Source of the DNA: Vitrella brassicaformis CCMP3155
Taxonomy: Eukaryota > Protista > Chromerida
Assembly (NCBI GenBank): GCA_001179505.1
Contig: CDMY01000748.1
Location: forward strand, 62,001-126,000
Length of the DNA: 64,000 nt
Direction: 5' to 3'
A model generated the notes under the pieces. That model was given only the letters and a program-made list of their open reading frames with translations, was not told the origin of the DNA and did not search any database. Positions 38,934-49,812 of the stretch are shown here, piece by piece; position 1 is the first letter of the stretch, and each line of letters starts with the position of its first letter. The translations under genes were made by a program, and so were the position numbers.

Positions 38934-41900
38934 TCAGACTGTCTCACCTAAGGCCTCAATCCACGTCCTGGATGCCATGGTCTCTATCCTCGCCACAAAC
39001 CGCTCAAACAGCTCCTTGAGCACTATGCGCCGCACCGGCTTCTCGATGAACGACGTGTCGAACAGAGAACTCGCATCGGGGTGAGACAAAATCACGTTCT
39101 GCAGAAAAAGGGATACACAGCAGAGGCTGCCCATCTTTGGCCCCCGTGTGTGGTGAGCAAAGAGCACATGGCCGTCTCACCTCTTTGCTCTGCGCAGTGC
39201 ACCTGTGTCCATTAACAACACGAGTGTGTGTGTCTCTCTGTGTGTGTGTGGTTTGCTCACAGGGCCATGAAGATGGGCGGCGCGCGTCTTGTCCGTTCCA
39301 TGTCGTGGAGCATCTTCCGAATGCTCCTCGCCGCCGCCACTCCGTCGCTCTCCGGCATCTCCAAATCCGTCAGCAGGAATATCGGCCTGAACGAAACACA
39401 CCAAACGCACTTGCAAGCGAGCAATCACATGTCTCTCTGTGTGGAGCCCTGGCGGACGCGTCGCTTTGGTTGAGCCTGTCTTTGACGGCGTTGACGAGCT
39501 CGACGCCGTTCAAGGCCCAGGTCATGCTCTCCTCGGGCCAGCCCATCTTTGTGATCATCAGCTCGAGCGACTGCCGGTTGATGAAGTCGTCGTCGGCCAG
39601 CACTATGTGGATCTTGAGGCGCTGCATCTTTTCCATAAGCTCTTTGAGTGCGGTGGCGTCGATGGTCTGCCGCAAGGGACTCCTGTCGCCCCTCCTGCCG
39701 ACGTTGAGCTCAAACACGCCCCAGCACTGGAAGCGGAGAATGGCTGTCGTGCCTTTGTCGATGCCCTCGGACTCCAGCCGGCAGTCGCCTCCCATCGCCA
39801 TGGCCACCATCCGCGCGATGGAGAGGCCAAGGCCAGTGCCGATAAGGGCATCCTTGGCTTGCACTTGCTGCGTTACAGAGCAATGGGCAGATTGACGTCG
39901 GCAGAGACAGACGCTCAGACCCTTTCCAAGTGGCTTGCTGACCTCAAATTCTTTGAAGATGCTTTGCAGCTTATCGTCAGGGATGCCCCGGCCGCTGTCT
40001 GCACAGACATCCGACAGATAAAGAAGAAGAGCTTACCAAGCCCAGCAAAGCTTCCACCGACCTTTGACCCTGATCTCGATGGCGTATTTCTTCATCGACT
40101 CGACATCACACGACGGATGCTTAGCCAGGTCAAAGGCGGGCGGCTCGCCGTCCTGACGACGGAGGGACAGACAGTAATTACACATGGGGGCCTCCAATTG
40201 ACATTACCTGGTCCGCTGCCAGCTCAGAAGTGACGGACACTTCAACAGACCCTACAGGCAGACAGACAGAGACACGAGGCACAAGGCAGGATCCACCCAC
40301 GGGAAAGCTTCGCCGCTGTCCATGGTGACCTTTCTCGGTCATCTTGACGGCATTCGACAGCAGGTTATTTGCCGCTTGTGAAATACGGACGCTGTCGCCA
40401 TAGATGAAGTAGGGCAGGTGAGACAGCGAGGGGACCTCATACGTCAGCTTCTTGAGTCTCGTGGTCGGGATGTGCAGGTGGAAGACCTTCTTCAGCGCTG
40501 CCCGGCAGTCCATCCAGTCGAGATGCAGGTCGAACACATCGCTAAGGGTCGTCACGTTCCTTCGTTCGTCGTCCTGCGAGGCCGCGTAGAGAAGTCTTGA
40601 TGCTGTCTTTTTTACTCCCTCCCAGCTGCAGCAGGTGGGCGTGACGTCGAGAGAGGACGATGGACGCCGCAAAGCGCCTCGGTCGATGCGGTCGATGCGG
40701 TCGAGGCTGAACTTGCGCTCCCGCTTCAGGGTCAGGCGAGATACCTCGAGGAGATTATTGGTCAGCAGCAGCATGTACTCGCCGGCGCTGCTCATTATGT
40801 CCACATAGCCGTAGACTGCAGTACGAATGCGGGGGGGATAGGCGTAGAAGCATGCAGTCACTTGTTCGAGAAATGACAGGCGTACTTGGGTGTTCTGAGT
40901 TTATTTTGAGGTTCTGGTCGAGGTCATTCCTCATGAAGTCTGCCGCGTTAATGACGCCATTCAGGGGGGTCCTGAGGTCATGTGTAATTTTCGCGAAAGT
41001 CGCATGCTGGGCCGCCAGGAACCTGTCCTTTTCTTCCGTCATCTTTTGGATTCGGTGTTTGTCTCGTATCACTTCTCGACAATTTCTCTCCATGGTGATG
41101 CTCACCCACACCAGCAAGAGCGCCGTCACTGGAGAGATACCAACGAAAGACCAAGAGAGATAACGTCGCATGCTGGTTGCGAGCCGTGTACTGCTTGTCA
41201 GCCAACCTACATCCAGGTGGGAACACCCTACGGCATCGTGCATGTGGGCAGCCACAGACAGATAGATACCCATGTGGGGACAGGAGCATAGGGCCTAGGC
41301 GTATGACATACCATACGTACCTGCTGAACATTCCTTCCCGATCGACGATAGCTTCAGCTACAATTAACCTGTCGGTGTGCAAACAAGACAGAAGGCGACT
41401 TATTGTCGTGCATTGCCGTATAGCTTGTGATACCAGGAAAACATCGACAGGCACACACACCTACAGGCAAAGAACCAAAAGCCAAAGAAGACAGGCCGTC
41501 CATTAAATCGATGTACAATACAGCGAGACACATACCCAGCGAGGAAGCTGTTCGCTTTGAACACTGCGAATGATGACACATCAGGGAGATTGCTCAACGA
41601 AGCCATGATGCGAGAACATGTGTGTGTCTCTACCTGTCCAGTAGGCCACCATGCCCAGTGCATAGCCGAAATCAGCCCCAGGTATTTCTTTGCACCGCGC
41701 TTCAGCGGGCAGGATTTCCAGCAGGGTACTGCGGCTGAAACGGTATCGCGAGTGGAAGGCGTTGAGGCATCCAACAGCACAGAAACAGATCGTCATGATG
41801 CGCAAGTCGATGAGACGGGAAGCGTGTGTCTTGTTGGGCCAAATCGCTCGGACGGTTAAGAAGGCTCCGAGAAGGCCCACAACCACACTGCATGACAACA

Positions 41901-42074
41901 GACGAATAGACGCCGCTGCATCTCACATAGGCGGACAGCTGTGCGCATAATTCTCTGCCTTACGCGTCGCGGACTAGCCGTGAAAAGAAGAAATCCCCGC
42001 TCTTCGCCAATCTGCCGGCCTCAGAGGCAATGTGCCCGACAAGCCCGGTTATAAAGACCAGTAGCGGGACCTGA

Positions 42075-42126
<52 letters not shown>

Positions 42127-42501
42127 CATGGTGAGAGAGATGTAGAGATGGCATGGGGCCGGCCCTGCGCCACTGCTTTGAACGTACCTTGATCCATCGA
42201 ATGAGATCATTGTACACCCACTTTTGGAAGGTCATCTCCATCTTCCGATCCACGAATTCGACCTTCAGACTGTAGGCAGCATTCAGCATCATACAACGGA
42301 TTCACACAGATCCACTGGACACAGATGAGAGTGCGGGGCTCACCAGGGCATTCCGCTCCACACGGGGTGGCAATCTAGGTCAGCCCAGTTCGCGGAGGCA
42401 TTCCGCAGCAGCTGTCGGGTCACAGTCTCATCGTCAGCTGTCTTGCCCTTCTCCAGGTCGGGGACCTCCGCTTTCGCATCTGCTTTCGGCTGCTCATCCA
42501 T
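38934..42501 (-). CDS. Membrane-bound hybrid histidine kinase (TM sensor-HisKA-HATPase_c-REC), copy A
   Basis: H-box KITHDLRTPLNG, N-box NNLLSNAVK, G1 DSGRGI, G2 GTGLGLSIA, receiver VLADDD / TDLEMP / IEKP. Several hydrophobic N-terminal exons. Confidence 0.93.
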
Positions 42502-42744
42502 CACGATCGACGAGAACACGAGTTCAGTGTATCTGCATGCATCAACACGACGCACGCGTCTTTTCCCCTCATTGTGCTGCCTCTCTTTTCTCCTCACCGC
42601 GGGATTCGCCGTGCGAGACTTGAGCCCCCAGCACGCCCCCAAGACGATCCGTCATCGGTGAGGCAGAGATGGAGGGAGGCAGTTGATGAGAAAGGTATAT
42701 GTGTTTTGTTGGTGCACATGCAGATAACTCGTGTTCTCGTTGTG

Positions 42745-45700
42745 ATGGAGCCGAAAGCAGGAGAGGCGAAAACAGAGGTGACGGTCCCGGAGGTGACTGT
42801 CCCTGTGGCAGCGGATGAAGAGGATGTGACAGACCGACTGATGAAGAGCGCCTCTGCGCACTGGGCCGATATAGATTGCCATCCTGTTTGGAGCAGAATG
42901 CCCTGGTATCTGTTATCACCTCTCGAGAGAGAATCAGCGGCGTGACAGCGCGTTGATGTGTGTGTGTGGCAGCTTGAAAGTCGAGTTCATTGATCCGAAG
43001 CTGGAGGTGGCCTTCCAGAAATGGGTGTATTCTGATCTGGTCCGATGGATCAAGGTAGCAGACTTTCTCTCTCTGGTGTTGCGATGTACGTTTCTGTATG
43101 TGTGTGGCAGGTCCCCTTGTTGGTTTTTGCGTTCGGCCTTGTGTCGCACATTGCCACGGAGACCGAAAGACTAGTTCGACACGGTGACTTTCTATTCTCA
43201 CGGATGCTTCGAGATGCGTAAGGCAAAACTATTCGCGCATATATCCGGCCGTATAGGCGTCCGTGCGCATGTAGGGTGATCGTCTCATTGCTTGGAAGCT
43301 TCTTAGCTGTCCGAGCGATTTGGCCCAACAAGACCCATGCGTCGCGTCTCATCGACTTGCGCATTATGACGATCTGTTTCTGTGTCATTGGAAGCCTCAA
43401 CGCCTTCCATTCGCGATACCGTTTCAGCAAGAGAACCTTGGTGGAAATCCTGCCCGCTGAGGCGCGATGCACTTCGATGCCGGCTGCTGATTTGGCGTAC
43501 TCCCTGGGCATGGTGGCCTACTGGACAGGTAGATACACACACACATCTTCTCGCATCATGGCTTCGTTGAGCAATCTCCCCGATGTGTGATTATTCACAG
43601 TGTTCAAGGCGAACAGCTTCCTCGCTGGGTACGTGTCTCGCTGTATTGTTCATCGATTTGATGGACGGCCTGTCTTCTTTGGCTTTTGGTTCTTTGCCTG
43701 TAGGTGTGTGTGCCTGTCGATGTTTTCCTGGTCTGTTATGCATTCACGGCTGCGTGCAGCGTGCTGACACAGGTGATCCTTTTCCCTGCTTTTAGGTTCC
43801 TCTTAGCTGACTCACTGGAGTATGGGTCAGACATGCTAGGCAGGTAGGCACGACCATCTCATTAACCCGCGTGGCCGACTACACACTGTTCTCTATCTGT
43901 CCCTTCTCTTCCACATGTGCGTGCTGCCGTATGATGTAGAATAACCCCAACTGGATGTAGGCTTACACGTATTGTCAATCGTCTGCAACTCATCTCACTT
44001 CAGCTTCTTTGTGTGTTTCTAGTAACGGCGCTGTTGCTGGTGTGGGTGAGCATCAACATGGAAAGGAAGACTCGGGAAGTAATCCGGGACCGCTCGCGTC
44101 TGCAAAAAATGACGGAGGAGAAAAACCGGTTCCTGGCGGCCCAGCATGCGACGTTCGCGAAAATTACACATGATCTCAGGACCCCCCTGAATGGCGTCAT
44201 CAACGCGGCAGACTTCATGAGGAATGACCTCGACCAGAACCTCAAAATAAACTCAGAACACCCAAGTACGAATGAATGTCATTTCACGAGCAAGTGACTG
44301 CATGCTCCTACGCCTATCCCCCCCGCATTCGTACTGCAGTCTACGGCTATGTGGACATAATGAGCAGCGCCGGCGAGTACATGCTACTGCTGACCAACAA
44401 CCTCCTGGAGGTGTCTCGCCTGACCCTCAAACGGGAGCGTAAGTACAGCCTCGATCGCATCGACCGCGGCGCTTTGCGGCGTCCATCGTCCTCTCTCGAC
44501 GTCACGCCCACCTGCTGCAGCTGGGGGCGAGTCAAAAAGACTGCCTCGATGCTCCTGTATACGGCCTCGCAAGACGACGAGCGAAGAAACGTGACGACCC
44601 TTAGCGATGTGTTCGACCTGCATCTCGACTGGATGGACTGCCGGGCAGCGCTGAAGAAGGTCTTCCACCTGCACATCCCGACAACGAGACTCAAGAAGCT
44701 GACGTATGAGGTCCCTTCGCTGTCACATTTGCCCTACTTCATCTATGGCGACAGCGTCCGCACTTCACAGGCGGCGAACAATTTGCTGTCGAATGCCGTC
44801 AAGATGACCGAGAAAGGTCACCATAGACAGCAGAAGCTTTCCCGTGGGTGGATCCTGCCTTGTGTCTCGTGTCCCTGTCCGTCTGCCTGTAGGGTCTGTT
44901 GAAGTGTCCGTCACTTCTGAGCTGGCAGCGGACCAGGTAATGACGCATCAGAGGCCCCCATGTGTAATTATTGTGTGTTTGTCCGTCGTCAGGAGGGCGA
45001 GCCGCCTGACCTTGACCTGGCGAAGCATCCGTCGTGTGATGTCGAGTCGATGAAGAAATACGCCATCGAGATCAGGGTCAAAGGTCGGTGAAAACCTTTG
45101 CTCGGCTTGGTAAAGTCTTCTGCCTTACCTGTCGGATGTCTGTGCAGACAGCGGCCGGGGAATCCCCGACGATAAGCTGCAAAGCATCTTCAAAGAATTT
45201 GAGGTCAGCAAGCCACTTGGAAAAGGTCAGAGCGTGTGTGTCTGCCGATGCCAATCTGCCCATTGCTCTGTAACGCAGCAAGTGCAAGCCAAGGATGCCC
45301 TGATCGGTACTGGCCTTGGCCTCTCCATCGCGCGAATAGTGGCCATGGCGATGGGAGGCGACTGCCGGCTGGAGTCCGAGGGCATCGACAAAGGCACGAC
45401 AGCCATTCTCCGCTTCCAGTGCTGGGGCGTGTTTGAGCTCAACGTCGGCAGGAGGGGCGACAGGAGTCCCTTGCGGCAGACCATCGACGACACCGCACTC
45501 AAAGAGCTTATGGAAAAGATGCAGCGCCTCAAGATCCACATAGTGCTGGCCGACGACGACTTCATCAACCGGCAGTCGCTCGAGCTGATGATCACAAAGA
45601 TGGGTTGGCCCGAGGAGAGCATGACCTGGGCCTTGAACGGCGTCGAGCTCGTCAACGCCGTCAAAGACAGGCTCAACCAAAGCGACGCGTACACGATGGC

Positions 45701-46220
45701 TCCACACAGAGATACATGTCATTGTTCGCTTGCAAGTGCATGGTGTGTGTTTCGTTCAGGCCGATATTCCTGCTGACGGATTTGGAGATGCCGGAGAGCG
45801 ACGGCGTGGCGGCGGCGAGGAGCATTCGGAAGATGCTCCACGACATGGAACGGACAAGACGCGCGCCGCCCATCTTCATGGCCCTGTGAGCAAACCATAC
45901 ACACAGAGACAGAGAGACAATCACACACACACGTGTTCTTTATGTGCACAGGTGCACTGCGCAGAGCAAAGAGGTGAGACGGCCATGTGCTGCTTGCTCA
46001 GCAGCCAAGGGGGCCAAAGATGGGCAGCCTCTGCTGTGTATCCGTTTCGCTGCAGAACGTGATTTTGTCTCACCCTGATGCGAATTCTCTCTTCGACACG
46101 TCCTTCATCGAGAAGCCGGTGCGGCGCATAGTGCTCAAGGAGCTGTTTGAGCGGTTTGTGGCGAGGATAGAGACCATGGCATCCAGGACGTGGATTGAGG
46201 CCTTAGGTGAGACAGTCTGA
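42745..46220 (+). CDS. Membrane-bound hybrid histidine kinase (TM sensor-HisKA-HATPase_c-REC), copy B
   Basis: Same motifs: HDLRTPLN (~44170), NLLSNAVK, DSGRGIP..IFKEF, GTGLGLS, ADDD, DLEMP, CTA, EKP. Head-to-head with copy A. Confidence 0.93.
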
Positions 46221-46569
46221 CCGATTACTGACTGGTGAGTGCCGTGTGCCGTACTGATGATAAGTCCGAGACACTGACTGTCACCATCTGCTGTCATGAG
46301 ACTGACTGCACTTATCTGCGCCATCTGTTCACTCAATGGGTGTCAAAGCTGTCAACAAACAGTTCGGTCAAAGTACTCACTGATTCTTTCGGGAGTTTGG
46401 TCGGTGCACAGGGGGCCGAGGACTGGCTGCCAGTGGTGCGTGTGGTGCAGGCGACTGTAGATACATCGAGTCTGGATGCGAAGGCGTGCACCAGGCAGGA
46501 AGACCATAAGTGTGACTTGCTGTGACTGGAAGACACAAGCGTCGACAGATACGGCAGAGAAGAAAGTGA

Positions 46570-46820
46570 ATGGATTTCGTTGTTTCGGGTGGGACAGACA
46601 AGAGATACCTCGAGTATAGGCTGGTGGACATCTTTTGAGCGATTGAGTCTGTCTGACGGTCCTATTGTCTTTGGCCGTGGCAAAGGGCGATGCTGCCCGT
46701 CCGCAGGTGTGGCTGTGGGGTGTGTGTGTGTGTGTGTGGTGTTCTGGCCTTGGCTGGTATGTGGCTGCAATGACTGACCTCTCCGTGTGTAAAGCTGACT
46801 GACTGACTGACTGACACATA
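46570..46820 (+). pseudogene. Relic of the FKBP-like terminal exon plus its 3' flank (right arm)
   Basis: Reads YLEYRLVDIF*, followed by the same ~190-bp flank seen at 52840-53040. Confidence 0.55.
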
Positions 46821-47617
46821 TCAGGCGGGGGAGTCGATGTGTGTGATTGTGATATGAGGAAGGAAGGGATGGAGGGACGGACGGACCGCAACGACTGATG
46901 ACTGAATGGGGAGTTATGATGACTAAATGAGTAGCCATGATGGACAGGTAGAGTGCGGCGCGATCATTCTGTGTAGCTCATCTCATCACATCTGGATGCG
47001 AAGGCGTCCTCACTATCTATTGTACCGCCCTATCGCGTGTTGTCCAAGGTCTATATCAACATGTATCAACATGCACCCACACACATATACACGTACTAAG
47101 CAGCTCACACGAGGACGCCGATCACTCACAGAGAGAGCGCGGTGTTGCATCATCGGAGGAGAGAATCGCGGTCAAAAGACTTTTGCACGGGCAGCATCGA
47201 TATCGATCACATCTGGCAGAGCAGCAGCCAGACGGCCAGGCACTTAGAGAGACAGGACATACTGCCAGAATCAGCCACACCACACCCTATCGCTTTGTGT
47301 ACTCACTTAGTGCTCACCATCTCACTTACAAAGAACGACCACCTAGGTGCATATGTGTGTGCACAATCGGAACCTGGATGGGATGGACCATCCGATTCCT
47401 TGAGGCAAACACACACTAGCCACCCGCCCCCCCATTGGATGTCATCAATAGCTCCACACGTACGGTGCTCGTACTTAAAACACAAAGACGCACGAGCGAC
47501 TTACATAGTGACTTACATACACAGCCATCAACAGAGATATGTACACGCTATACTATATGTGTGTGTCATCGCACGCACCCACACACACCCACACACACTA
47601 TGTGTGTTGTGGTGTGT

Positions 47618-48225
47618 CTAATAGTACCCGCCGTAACCACCACCGTAGCCTCCGCCATAGCCACCGCCACCATACTTTTTGTTCTTGTAGCCATACCACT
47701 TCTGCTTGATCTTGTTCTTGTAATACTTGAGCTTGTCCCAGAAGCCCGGGCCCAGCCTCCGCTCTGTGGGACTCGATGACTCCTCCACAGCCTCCAGGCC
47801 ACTGGGCTCATCTTCATCTTCATCTGCACACACACACACACACACGTGGCCAACACAAGGATGACGTGTGGGCGGGGTGGGGATGTCGTCTGCACACCCA
47901 CCTGTAGGTGCAGCCGTCGGCTCATCAGCCGCGTCCTCACAGTCTGCTGCCGCCGGCCCCGTCACAAGGGCATCAGACACACCACCTACAGGCACACAGG
48001 TACACAGGAAAGGCGTACTTGTGCAGCGTTTGGACGAGCTGCAAACAGCCATCGTGTGTGTGTACCATCGGATGTCACTTCGTCGGCGTCATCAGGTGCC
48101 CCGCCTCTCAGACGCCGGGCCACCGCAGACGGCGCATCAGCAGGAGCAGCTGGCTTCATATCATCAGCGCAGACCAGTGCGATGCCGAGCAGGCACACCA
48201 GCACCGAAAGGGAGAGGGCCTTCAT
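47618..48225 (-). CDS. Secreted RRL prepro-protein with cationic Lys/Tyr/Gly-rich peptide (copy B)
   Basis: Mirror of 36923-37554 with the same three exons. It lacks one KNKI repeat. Both RRL motifs and the GGGY tail are retained. Confidence 0.88.
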
Positions 48226-48499
48226 CGGTCGTGAGGTGGACGACGGGTGGAAGCACAGACGAGCAGCGGGCAGACGAACAACGACGAGGGGCTTGCTGAA
48301 CACGATAAGCTGAGGAGAGAGAGAGACTCGGAGTCAAGCGATGAGAGTGGAGTCGAGGGATGCTGCAGATGGACAGAGAAGGGGGAGGCCGTTAAGACAG
48401 AGGGCAGAGAGACAGGCAGATAGCAGGAGGGCTGTCGTCGCACGGCTAACGCAGAGAGTGGAGAGCGCGCGATCCGTAGCGCCGAAATTTGTAAACGCT

Positions 48500-48782
48500 T
48501 CTGCCGCGCGATGGATTCGGCATGACAAGCCGCCTGCAGTGTTCGACAGTCTGGAGAACCCATCGCCGTGCCGCCAGCGGCCGAATTTCGCCGCACTCCC
48601 CAGTGATATCGGAGCCGCCCACCGTGACGGTTCTGGGTCGAATCCCAGTGATATCGGAGCCGATGCCTCGGCATCAGACCCCACCCTGACCGAACTGTTT
48701 CAGAGCCCCTCTGCATGTGGATGCCCATGAGGGGGCTGATGGCAGCCATAGCGGCGGGGTGGATCTGAGCCCATACAGAACG
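48500..48782 (+). pseudogene. Frameshifted copy of exon 1 of the 32.5-36.6 kb coiled-coil gene
   Basis: HDKPPAVFDSLENPSP is retained. Small deletions after ATGGAT and near LFQS break the frame, and CCCAGTGATATCGGAGCC is internally duplicated. Confidence 0.75.
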
Positions 48783-48813
48783 CCGTGTGTGTGTGTGTGT
48801 GTGCGTGTTGCAG

Positions 48814-49300
48814 GTCCCGAGCACGCTGTGTCGTCCCTGCACCCGCATGACAAGGCGGTCGATTCTAGTGCGATGGGTCAGATTCTGCTGTGGGTGTCGT
48901 TCCTGGAGATGGTCGGCCTGGTGGCCCTCAGGCAGACCGTCAGCGGGTCGGGCAGAAAGCCGGGCGCATTCAGGTTCGACCCACTAGGATCCTGCAAAAA
49001 CAAAGACCCCGACTACGTGGTGAGTTCAGTCCGACGGAAGAGGGCTTGGTCGGGTGTGAAGAGGGCTTGGTCGTGTATAAGTGTGTGTGTGTGTGTGATG
49101 TGTCAGCGTGACATGGAGGAAAAAGAGTTCAACCACTGCCGAGCAGCCATGCTCGCCATCAGCGGTAAGCCAGTCAGAGAGACGTCGAGGCAGGCATCAT
49201 TCCAGCCAGTCACTCATCGTGCATCGTCCTTCCTGCAGGCGTCCTCACGCAGGACGCAGTCTTCAAGACCGGCTTCCCCTACATCGGCAGCTATACCTGA
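48814..49300 (+). pseudogene. 3' half of a light-harvesting complex (Lhcr-like chlorophyll a/carotenoid-binding) gene, 5' half missing
   Basis: HDKAVDSSAMGQILLWVSFLE...GRKPGAFRFDPLG...DMEEKEFNHCRAAMLAISG|VLTQDAVFKTGFPY* covers LHC helices 2-3. No helix 1 or targeting peptide lies upstream. Confidence 0.85.
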
Positions 49301-49812
49301 GTGAGAGCGGCGGCCCCAGGGTGCCTGTGGGGAGGGAGGGTTGCAGCGAGGAGGAAAGACGTATGCACGCAACGTTTTGCCGTCCCGCCATGATTTGTAA
49401 CGTAACACTCCCGTGCGGTTGCGAGAGGACGGGAGTGCGGCTGGCATGGATGCAGTGTTTTTGGGTAACTCTGCTCGCCGGGATTGCCTGCGTGCGAGCG
49501 TGTGTGTACATAGCTGCTATGCATTGGACAGAGAGAGTGGAACGGATGACACACGCACAGGCGGCGCAGCACACGCCACGATGGAATGCTATTATTGGTG
49601 GATAATGTCAGTCCATGAGCGAGTGGCAGGTAGTCCAATTGACAGAAATGGGTGGAACTAGGTCAGTCACGTTTGAACACGTGCAGCCAGCCAGCAATGA
49701 GCAGCCATCATGACATCTCCACTAAAGACTGACTAGAGACAAAAAGCCCTCACAGGATGGCCACAAGGAACCTCCCTCACGCAGGCAAAGCGGACGCACT
49801 AGCAGGCAGTGC

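Larger units (their letters stand above)
36400..48782. repeat. Large inverted (fold-back) segmental duplication: arms ~36400-42600 and ~42655-48782, spacer ~55 bp
   Basis: Every gene and intergenic tract is mirrored, e.g. GTTCTGTATGGGCTCAGATCC at 36401 vs GGATCTGAGCCCATACAGAAC ending 48781. Homology can be followed inward past both kinase start codons. Confidence 0.93.

Noticed and set aside
39439-40233. Long antisense ORFs over the kinases and other GC-rich exons
   Set aside because: Shadow ORFs expected from high GC3 codon usage on the true strand.
46235-46525. 96-aa ORF after kinase B as a possible extra C-terminal domain (e.g. HPt)
   Set aside because: The mirror copy has TGA where B has TGG, no in-phase acceptor was found, and the region overlaps a decayed FKBP-like relic.
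48620-48650. CTGGGTCGAATCCCAG resembling a tRNA T-arm/B-box
   Set aside because: The loop is 6 nt, there is no acceptor, D or anticodon arm, and it arises at the junction of a local duplication.
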